From Geopsychrobacteraceae bacterium (GTDB lineage Bacteria > Desulfobacterota > Desulfuromonadia > Desulfuromonadales > Geopsychrobacteraceae), in the NCBI GenBank assembly GCA_963662315.1, contig OY759353.1, positions 3,968,001 to 4,032,000 on the forward strand: 64,000 nt of DNA, written 5' to 3'. This document shows, in pieces, positions 21,448 through 28,819 of this stretch. Under the pieces are notes generated by a model. It saw nothing but the letters and a program-made list of their open reading frames with translations, had not been told where the DNA came from and made no database searches. Numbering within the stretch: the first letter of the stretch is position 1; each line of letters begins with the position of its first letter. Made by a program: the position numbers and the translations under genes.

Positions 21448-21579
21448 TTTCCGTTCAAGAGCTGTGGGTAAAGTGACATGATCCGGCTATGGCCCGGTAG
21501 TTTCATCGAACCGCTTGGGTCGCGACCCGCATGCCGGGTGGTGTGGGGGCTGGGGGAGCCAAACCCCCGGCTACCCGAT
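21444..21579 (+). mobile_element. Group IIC intron 3' end (IEP tail + domains V-VI)
   Basis: GAACCGCTTGGGTCGCGACCCGCATGCCGGGTGGTGTGGGGGCTGGGGGAG...CCCCCGGCTACCCGAT followed by TATAC (attC R'' remainder); homologous to 26023-26158. Confidence 0.9.
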
Positions 21580-21983
21580 TATACCTTTTTTTTGTGATCC
21601 GACTCGGCTAACCAAGAAAAGAATTTTTTGTCCTTTTCAGAAATTTTTCCATCCGCTTGCCAGGTCTCAATGTCAGATTTTTTGAACGACGGTTCTGAAA
21701 AATGAATTTGGCGAATACTTTCTTTATATACCTCTTGGCCAAAAGCGTCAGATTTGGATAAGAGTTCTATTACTTCTGGATCTATTGATTCTTTATACTT
21801 CTTTTTATAGGCCTCAATCGCAACCTGAAGGGTTCCATTGGAGTTGTTTGCTCGCTGGAAATTGAACCAATTATTCGCGCGAACGACTTTTTGAAACTGC
21901 GCCTTTTGGCGGTTTTGCAGATAGCCAACGATTAACCCAACTAAACCGAACGCGATGCTCAAATAAGTACCAATTTCTTCCAT
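21579..21983 (-). CDS. Cassette hypothetical protein with N-terminal TM helix
   Basis: 134-aa ORF with GGAGG RBS; the stop lies in the R'' box (GTATAA). Confidence 0.8.
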   Translation of the reverse strand: MEEIGTYLSIAFGLVGLIVGYLQNRQKAQFQKVVRANNWFNFQRANNSNGTLQVAIEAYKKKYKESIDPEVIELLSKSDAFGQEVYKESIRQIHFSEPSFKKSDIETWQADGKISEKDKKFFSWLAESDHKKKV

Positions 21984-21994
21984 TCAACCTCCGT

Positions 21995-22095
21995 GTATAA
22001 AGGTTATGCTTAACCTGCGGCAACGCTAAGTTGCGTGCTCCACCGAAGTAATTGATAAGCTGCGCAGCTATTTGCCGGCAGGTTGATGCGATGGT
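21995..22095 (-). other. attC site split by the 22096-26158 intron
   Basis: GTATAAA-GGTTATGCTTAACCTGCGGCAA...TTGCCGGCAGGTTGATGCGATGGT|; joining to TAGAGC at 26159 restores GTTAGAGC. Confidence 0.8.
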
Positions 22096-22273
22096 GTGTA
22101 CGCCCGACACGGGCGTGATCTTATGGGGTGAAAGTCCCCTGTACGTAGAATCCTAGCATCACATGAGTGTGATGTCATTAAAGTACTAGCCGACGGCAAG
22201 GGCGTCTCCGTGAGGAGAGGTCTGGAGGAAGCCCGAGTGCAAAGCTGTGAGCCGACGAACAGAAACAGGATAT

Positions 22274-22850
22274 AAATGAAACAAGCAAGGTCGCGGTGTT
22301 GCGCCCCGCACGACGCCTTACTATTTGTCCCAGGCGGGCGACAAATAGTAAGCACAAAACGCCCTTCTTTAAAGGGTCCGTACTCGGGCTTCGTCTCTCA
22401 AAAGGAACAGCCAGCATCTAACCAGCCGGCCAACGGCGCAATACGCGCCTGATGGCCAGAACCGCAAAAATGCCGCTGGCATTTTCCTGCATTCACTCTA
22501 ATTCGATTCTGCCCATGGATGCGACAGCATCGTTGGGCGGTCTGTTCACTGCTGATTGCAACAATGAAACGTAGACCGAATCTATTCTCGTCAGTGTGTT
22601 TGACCTTAAAAGATTTTTTTGATTCGTTTTTTCATCGCTGGAAAAAATGAATCCGGCTGCCGGGCCGGGACCCGGCGGTGTGGTCTTCTATGATTGAAAT
22701 AAAACAAGCAAGGTCGCGGGATTGCACCCCGCACGACGCCTTACTATTTGTCCAGGCGGATGACAAATAGTAAGCACAAAACGCTTTTCTTTAAAGGGTC
22801 CGTCCTCGGGCTTCGGTTCTCCAAAGGAACATCCAGCATCTAACCGGCTG
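22274..22850. repeat. ~420-bp hairpin-rich repeat, ~1.4 tandem copies
   Basis: Period ~423 bp (22274 vs 22697). Hairpins TTACTATTTGTC..GACAAATAGTAA and GCCGGG..CCCGGC. Confidence 0.88.
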
Positions 22851-22943
22851 GTCGACGGCTGGATTCGTCGGCGAGTGCGGCTGTGCTACTGGAAACAATG
22901 GCGCTGGTGCCGGACTAAGGTTCGGAAGCTGCTAGCTCTTGGG
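22851..22943 (+). pseudogene. Group II intron maturase (domain X) fragment
   Basis: VDGWIRRRVRLCYWKQWRWCRTKVRKLLALG, cut off by the RAYT repeat. Confidence 0.85.
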
Positions 22944-23714
22944 AAAGGAAAAGGGGACAGGCTACTTTTTCATCTTCGGAAAGGAAAAGGGGACAGGCTA
23001 CTTTTTCATCTTCTTTGGTCTCCCTTTTGCTCTTATTGTCGATTCAAGTCCAAATTTCTCGCACATCTTCTGCCGCCATTCCGTGCTTCCGAACGGGGCC
23101 TGTCGGGTTATGCTCTCAGCAAACGTCTGCTGTTCCTTTTCCGACATCTCCGCATTAACGAATTCCTCCCAGTTTCCCGCGAAAGGCAGCGGCAATTCAG
23201 AGACGATTCTCTTGTCCGTCTCTCCCATTCTTTCAGCATGGGATGACCATGCCCATTCTATTGCACGACTGACCATCCCAGCAGTGACGGGATTTCGTTC
23301 AACATATCGAGTAACGGCCTGCAAATGCTTATCATTCTGAACCAGAAAGCTTTTATACCGCCCCTGCCAGATATGGCCACTACTGTTGTGATGTCGATGA
23401 TATCTTCTTACGTGGCTGGTCATCAGCCACTGCATAGCCCGACTCAGGTCGTCACCGTTCTCAGGGCACAGCAGCAGGTGAAAATGATTCGTCATCAAAC
23501 ACCAAGCGTAAATTTTAATAGAATATCGCTCTTTTGCTTCCACCAATAAATTCAAAAATGCTTGGAAGTCCCCATCCTTATGAAAAACATTCTGACGACC
23601 GTTGCCCCGGTTTAACACATGGTAACAATGACCATCAGCAAGCCCCCTCGCTAATCGTGGCATTCAATTCCCTTTCTTCATATTTATATAAAGTAGCCTG
23701 TCCCCTTTTCCTTT
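22942..23714. mobile_element. TIR-bounded RAYT module
   Basis: 25-bp perfect inverted repeat AAAGGAAAAGGGGACAGGCTACTTT (22944-22968 vs 23690-23714); 36-bp tandem duplication 22942-22977/22978-23013. Confidence 0.85.
22998..23663 (-). CDS. REP-associated tyrosine transposase (Y1 HUH, RAYT-like)
   Basis: HVLNRGN, CLMTNHFHLL (HUH), WQGRYKS, YVERNPV and WSS motifs. Confidence 0.92.
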   Translation of the reverse strand: MPRLARGLADGHCYHVLNRGNGRQNVFHKDGDFQAFLNLLVEAKERYSIKIYAWCLMTNHFHLLLCPENGDDLSRAMQWLMTSHVRRYHRHHNSSGHIWQGRYKSFLVQNDKHLQAVTRYVERNPVTAGMVSRAIEWAWSSHAERMGETDKRIVSELPLPFAGNWEEFVNAEMSEKEQQTFAESITRQAPFGSTEWRQKMCEKFGLESTIRAKGRPKKMKK

Positions 23715-23903
23715 TTCGGCGGTGTTGAAGTAATTTTCAGCAGATGGATTTTGCACATCCATACCGAGTCAAAAAGAACGCCCTTAAAACTCCTGCTAAA
23801 TATCTTGACTCAAGCTAAAAAAACGCTATCCTCTCCTCTCATTAAAACTTTCCAGATAGTTATTTCTTATAGCAACTTATTTTATCCTTGAGGGGGGATA
23901 CCG

Positions 23904-24920
23904 ATGAGACTTGTTGCTGCCAGAGATATTACGGTTGCTGACCTGCCGTATATTTCCAATCCGTTTTTCGCTAAAAACGATGTCCGTGACGCCTATTGTG
24001 GCGGTTTTACCAGCATTCATAATCTAAACGAATTCGTTCCTGTCCAGTGGCGCAATTATCAACAGGGGCTTGATGAGCTGCTAAAAAAAATTGACAAGAT
24101 GGAAGTCTGTCTCGTCTACTCTATGAAGCTCCCCTTCTTGGGGGTCGTCTACTGGCAGCAGGACCCTGACTACCCGAACAATCCCCAAAAAGGCCGCTGG
24201 GTCGCCAGCCTGTCAGGAATAAACCAATATGAAAACCTGCAGGGAATAGTCTCATCTGCTTACAGTAAAAACATGGTCCCACAAACCCATAGCCAGCAGA
24301 GAACTTTATCAAGTAATGTTGTCAAAGCTGTGGACAATCAGGGTCTGAAAACTGCTGAGAAACATGAAATAAAACAGGCCAAGCAGGATAAGAAAGCCGA
24401 TGAGACGTCGAACAAATTCAGCTATAAACATAACCCACTTGAAAATCCAAAAGCGACAAAACACATCATTGAAAATGAAAAAGCAGTATACGGATTCTCA
24501 CCAAATCCGTCATCGGATCGGATAGGCGGCTTTGCAAATAAAATCGACTGGGCTAATCCAGAGCAGGTAGCTAAAGCAAAAGCGAGAAGAGAAACATATC
24601 ATTCAAAAAATGATAATATTTACAAAAAAATTGAAGAATTACACAATCAAGGAGCTTCGACCGAAGAGGTCGCAAGGGAAGCTTCCAAAATAAGAAATCA
24701 AAATCGCCTTGATGATTATATTAATGACCCCGTAGGTTTAGCAACAGTCCACGAGAGCAATTTAAGAAATTACAATAATACAAATGGACCTTCTCCTGAA
24801 TATTTATACGAAAAATACGGTTCGTGGGAAGTTGTTTTAGAAAAAACTACTAATGCAAATCCTGGTATGGATGCATGCTGTGGCTTATACGATAAATATT
24901 ATAATTCCTACAATATTTAA
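23904..24920 (+). CDS. Putative polymorphic toxin / effector
   Basis: 338 aa with strong RBS; N-domain + linker + C-domain with visibly AT-richer DNA; followed by a small acidic ORF. Confidence 0.55.
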   Translation: MRLVAARDITVADLPYISNPFFAKNDVRDAYCGGFTSIHNLNEFVPVQWRNYQQGLDELLKKIDKMEVCLVYSMKLPFLGVVYWQQDPDYPNNPQKGRWVASLSGINQYENLQGIVSSAYSKNMVPQTHSQQRTLSSNVVKAVDNQGLKTAEKHEIKQAKQDKKADETSNKFSYKHNPLENPKATKHIIENEKAVYGFSPNPSSDRIGGFANKIDWANPEQVAKAKARRETYHSKNDNIYKKIEELHNQGASTEEVAREASKIRNQNRLDDYINDPVGLATVHESNLRNYNNTNGPSPEYLYEKYGSWEVVLEKTTNANPGMDACCGLYDKYYNSYNI

Positions 24921-24949
24921 TAACAAATTTCAAAATATGGATATAAATT

Positions 24950-25207
24950 ATGAACAATAAACCTATAAATATCGAATATCACGTTTTGAAGAATAATGAT
25001 TTTATACTAAATATATTAGTAGATAATGCTAACGAAGATTTATCATTTTGTTTATGTGAGTTTGAAAATGAAATGGAATATTTAGGTTTTAAAACAAAAT
25101 TTACAAAGACTGAGGGAAAAGAGGGTTTTATTTTTGATAAAGATGTGGACAGAGATGCATTAGAAAGAGAAATTAGGCGTTTTGCAACTCATTATGATAT
25201 TGCATAA
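24950..25207 (+). CDS. Small acidic protein, putative immunity protein
   Basis: 85 aa, very AT-rich, 29 bp downstream of the 338-aa ORF. Confidence 0.5.
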   Translation: MNNKPINIEYHVLKNNDFILNILVDNANEDLSFCLCEFENEMEYLGFKTKFTKTEGKEGFIFDKDVDRDALEREIRRFATHYDIA

Positions 25208-25305
25208 CCCGGTGATGAGCAAGCTCATCAAATGACCAGAATCGAATAGTGAATTATTGGGCTGACAGTGTTCCCACCCTGACTACGCCAAACCATGTGC
25301 AGTGC

Positions 25306-25703
25306 CACTTCAATTCGGTTCTGCCCATGGATGCGACAGCATCGTTGGGCGGTCTGTTAAATGCGGGTAGCAACGATTAAGCGTAGACAGAATCAATTCT
25401 CGTCAGTGTGTTTGACCTTCAAAGATTTTTTTGATTCGTTTTTTCATCGCTGGAAAAAATGAATCCGGCTGCCGGGCCGGGACCCGGCGGTGTTGTTTTT
25501 TATGATTAAAATAAAACAGCAAGGTCGCGGGATTGCGCCCCGTACGACGCCTTACTATTTGTCCCAAGCGGGCGACAAATAGTAAGCACAAAACGCCCTT
25601 TTTTAAAGGGTCCGGATTCGGGCTTCGTCTCTCCAAAGGAACCTTCAGCATCTAACCGGCCGGCCTACGGCGCAATGCGCGCCTAATGGCCAGAATCGCA
25701 AAA
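25306..25703. repeat. Further copy of the ~420-bp hairpin repeat
   Basis: Closely similar to 22494-22850 plus 22420-22468. Confidence 0.88.
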
Positions 25704-25704
25704 C

Positions 25705-26079
25705 GGACGCAGCTGGTTCGTTGCCATGGACTATCGTCTCGCCAAGCTGTCCACCTATCTCCAGGGCTGGATGGGATACTTCGGCATCGCCGAGGTTTAC
25801 CACGATATCCCGGAGGTCGACGGTTGGATTCGTCGGCGAGTGCGGCTGTGCTACTGGAAACAATGGCGCAGGTGCCGAACCTAGGTTCGGAAGCTGCTTG
25901 CTTTTTGAACCGAACGGTTTACCGCCATTCGGGCCGGTCTGAACCGCAACGGTCTGTGGGCCATGTCCCGCAGACTGGCGGCCCATTCCGGCATGACCAA
26001 CCAATGGCTGAAGGATCAAGGTTTAGTTTCTGTCAAAGACCTGTGGGTGAAGCGGCATTACCCGGCTACGGCCCGGTAG
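25705..26079 (+). pseudogene. ltrA: Group II intron RT/maturase C-terminal third with two nonsense codons
   Basis: GRSWFVAMDYRLAKLSTYLQGWMGYFG...DGWIRRRVRLCYWKQW...MTNQWLKDQGLVSVKDLWVK...AR*. Confidence 0.88.
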
Positions 26080-26167
26080 TTTCATCGAAGCGCTTGGGTA
26101 GCGACCCGCATGCCGGGTGGTGTGGGGGCTGGGGGAGCAAAACCCCCGGCTACCCGATTAGAGCATT

Positions 26168-26470
26168 TTTTAATAAGCTAAGGCAGAGGGGGAAAGACCA
26201 TCCCCGTATCCAGACACCAGCAGTGTAGCCAAAGTTAAGAAAACCGCTATGGTTTGTTTGATTCTTACTTTGATGCTAATGTGCTTGACGTCAGATTTTG
26301 TAGTTACAGTGCAATGTTTTTTCATATCAGCCTCCTTACTTTCGCAGACCATGATCTGCTCAGATGATGAAATTGAATAGCTGTAGTCAAATTCAATGGC
26401 TGTGACTGCTGACGCCTGGACCTGCAGACTTGAACTGCTGCCCCTGCCCATCTGCCTTAACTTATTAAAA
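26168..26470. mobile_element. MITE-like element with 20-bp terminal inverted repeats
   Basis: TTTTAATAAGCTAAGGCAGA (26168-26187) vs TCTGCCTTAACTTATTAAAA (26451-26470), 19/20 match. Confidence 0.6.
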
Positions 26471-26494
26471 TTTCGCTGACATTGTTACTAACCG

Positions 26495-27106
26495 TTATTC
26501 AAGTAGCAGTTTCCTAGCATACCTTACAAACGCTTCATATTTAGGAACAAACTCAGAGGCTTTTTCATTTAAAAAACGTGCGTCATCAACGACGCTTTGC
26601 GGTCTCGGCCCGCCTTCTGTCCTTTGATTGTCTGAGTATACCGAAGCTAGGTCATTCCCCCTTACGGGGACTGTCCTTCTATTTATTTCTGTTGCGAGGG
26701 TGAGAGCTTCTGCGTAAAGGTTATTTTTCATTTTTTCTAATTTTTTATTTAAAAACTCTTTTTCTACAGAATCCCAAGTTGCAACAAAGTTTTGTAGCGG
26801 ACTAATTGTTGAACGACCAAATGAACCACCGAAATCATGCTCTTTGAGGACTCGTATTGTTGGTTCAAAGGGAAGCGCTGACTGGAATTCTTCAAAAAGA
26901 TTTTTATCGTGTATGTTATTATTGTCAGCATTGCTGCTAAAAAATTTTTCCTTTATAGGATCTTTGAAAAAGACAGTTCCTAATGCCGCAATAAACGCAA
27001 TGGCTGGTTCGAAGTCTGGCCTCCCATGAAAAAATCCATGAAGAAACCAAGCTTCAGCCAAAATAAGAATCGCGATAACAATGGTATTTTCAAACGTCAA
27101 TTTCAT
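26495..27106 (-). CDS. Cassette hypothetical protein, two N-terminal TM helices
   Basis: Start MKLTFENT just inside the R' box GTTAGAGC. Confidence 0.8.
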   Translation of the reverse strand: MKLTFENTIVIAILILAEAWFLHGFFHGRPDFEPAIAFIAALGTVFFKDPIKEKFFSSNADNNNIHDKNLFEEFQSALPFEPTIRVLKEHDFGGSFGRSTISPLQNFVATWDSVEKEFLNKKLEKMKNNLYAEALTLATEINRRTVPVRGNDLASVYSDNQRTEGGPRPQSVVDDARFLNEKASEFVPKYEAFVRYARKLLLE

Positions 27107-27113
27107 AATTGTT

Positions 27114-27305
27114 GCTCTAACTAGTTGAGCTAAGCGGCGGCGATAGAAAGTTTCAACTAGCACCGACTTTAGCGTATTTGTAGATTATTACAGCCGTCCG
27201 TTTGAGCGGTTCTGCATAACCGGTGGCGGTCATGCGTTTCGATTTAGTAGATCTCTTGCGTATCTCCCCTAGCCCTGTTCCATCCGGTTAATGCGATTGT
27301 TAAGT
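27114..27305 (-). other. Two attC sites fused by deletion
   Basis: GCTCTAAC..GCTAAGCGGCGGC...GCCGTCCGTTTGAGCGGTT merges into CGGTTCTGCATAACCGG...CCGGTTAATGCGATT-GTTAAGT. Confidence 0.75.
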
Positions 27306-27744
27306 TATTCTCTTAGGTTACATTGCAAAAGAATTTCTTTAACGTCTTCTTTTGGAAATATTCTTCTGTAAAAAAGAATGGTGTCTCCACTTTTTGAGTG
27401 AATAACTTGTTGACCTAAAAGTTTTTCAAAAATATTCCGCCTGTCTGATTTATTGGTATCAATGTCAGATATCCGAAAGCCAGTTCGTTTTTTGGAAAAC
27501 AATTTAACGCCAGTAATAGCGTGGTTAGATACCGTAAGACTTCTGAATGTTTTTAATCCTTTTACCGATAAAATCATTCCAAAAATGGAAACAATAGCAC
27601 CGAAAAGAGATGTTACGAAAATTTCTCCATTGTTCGTAATAATATCAAGTCCTAAAAACAGAGGCAGACCAAAACAAATGAAGACTATAAAGGAAAGGAT
27701 AATTTCCTTAATATTAATAGCGATGATGGCCTATAGATTTTCAT
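27305..27744 (-). pseudogene. Cassette membrane protein gene with one frameshift near 27710
   Basis: ATG at 27744 (MKIYRPSSLLIL) is out of frame with the long frame KEIILSFIVFICFG...LRE*; could also be a sequencing error. Confidence 0.6.
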
Positions 27745-27763
27745 ATCTGTAACGGATCTATGA

Positions 27764-27839
27764 ACTTAACGGCATGCGAAACCGGTTGTTTTTGGAGCGC
27801 CAGCGGAAAAAGCAATCCGCGTTAACGCTATTGTTAGCC
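27764..27839 (-). other. attC site (intact, 76 bp)
   Basis: ACTTAAC-GGCATGCGAAACCGGTTGTTTTT...AAAAAGCAATCCGCGTTAACGCTATT-GTTAGCC. Confidence 0.85.
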
Positions 27840-28235
27840 TTGAAGTTCTCGTATTTTGCTTTGTATTTTCGAAACCGTTTCTTCGTATTTAACTAGACCT
27901 CTTAACTGCCCACCCTTGAAGATTGCGGTTATATATGCTGCTGTTGCTGAAAGGCCAATGAAAGAGGAGGAAAGGGTTTCACCTATTGGGTCGATGGCAA
28001 CACCTTCAAACATAAATGCGGCTGATAAAATTGCCAAAACCATTAAAACTGACTCAGCTGCCCACCGAATGAGGTAGTGGTTATCATGTTTTAACAATTC
28101 ATAGTGTTGAATCTGTTTCTTTAATGACTTTATTTTTCTTTCTTTATTCCACTGTAATGATGATTTAAACCAGCCTTTGTATAACGGTATTGTTGCAATC
28201 AAAGATAGTGTAGCTGCCACAGTTTCAAACTTCAT
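27834..28235 (-). CDS. First cassette: hypothetical membrane protein
   Basis: Start MKFETV with AAGGA RBS; three hydrophobic segments; the stop lies inside R'' GGCTAAC. Confidence 0.8.
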   Translation of the reverse strand: MKFETVAATLSLIATIPLYKGWFKSSLQWNKERKIKSLKKQIQHYELLKHDNHYLIRWAAESVLMVLAILSAAFMFEGVAIDPIGETLSSSFIGLSATAAYITAIFKGGQLRGLVKYEETVSKIQSKIRELQG

Positions 28236-28250
28236 ATCTATTCCTTGGTT

Positions 28251-28290
28251 GGCTAACTTAGAATTAGACGGCCTAAAAGTCGTAATATAA
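28251..28290 (-). other. attI-like site
   Basis: Minus strand GCCGTCTAAT-TCTAA-GTTAGCC: L box, 5-bp spacer and R box without an attC palindrome; marks the head of the array. Confidence 0.6.
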
Positions 28291-28819
28291 TACGGCATTA
28301 TATCGTTAAAAGTAAAAAAAACAGTTAAAATAGTAGCCTACATCTTATTTTGAAAATAATAGAACGACAAATACTGCATTTGCTGAAGGGGCGATGGATC
28401 AGCACACAAGGTCGATTTGTGGCACGGCTCGTTTTCTCAAATACATGAAAAAGCGAATAGCCCCTCATTTTATTTGAATCTGGTTTTGCAAAGATATAAC
28501 AAATACGGGAAAAACTGCGCTATTTTAGCTCTATATGTGGGAGTGAACAAGGTTTTTGTTGGTATTTTCAAAAGGGCTGCTTCGAACCCGTTCCCCTGGT
28601 CTTCCTTTGGTTAAATCTTTTCCGGGGGGAGGAGCTCATACTAAAAATGGCGCATTTTTTTAGCATATCGGGGTAAGAGTCTATTGAAAAATAATTCAAT
28701 TGATATCATACTGGATAGAATAAAAATCCTCATAAATAGGACAGCAATATTTGACTCCAGCAGGACAGACAATCTGCTGTATAATCGTTACTGAACAGAA
28801 TTCTTAAAAGGAAGAATAC

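Larger units (their letters stand above)
22096..26158 (+). mobile_element. Group IIC-attC intron shell, RT core deleted, carrying inserted DNA
   Basis: 5' end (GT)GTACGCCCGACACGGGCG...GGGGTGAAAGTCCCC to ~22273; maturase-domain fragments; DV/DVI at 26087-26158 ending GAT. Confidence 0.85.

Noticed and set aside
22068..22417. Short minus-strand ORFs here and at 25403-25651
   Set aside because: Chance frames across intron RNA and the non-coding repeat.
22942..23013. 36-bp direct repeats as a CRISPR array
   Set aside because: Only two abutting copies with no spacer and no cas genes; they are the duplicated RAYT end.
25202..25240. GCATAAC overlapping the 85-aa ORF stop as an attC R''
   Set aside because: No matching L boxes or downstream GTTRRRY; only a short hairpin follows.
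22096..26158. Intact mobile group II intron, retron or DGR
   Set aside because: RT domains including YADD are absent and the maturase remnant has stop codons. The duplicated maturase fragments differ at assorted bases, not with adenine-specific TR/VR bias.
25686..26228. 180-aa ORF in the track
   Set aside because: Wrong-frame reading of the maturase pseudogene and DV/DVI.
28291..28819. Expected intI gene or remnant, and possible sigma54 promoters (TGGCAC at ~28420, TGGCGC at ~28648)
   Set aside because: No tyrosine-recombinase motifs seen, and the GG-N10-GC spacing is not satisfied at either site.
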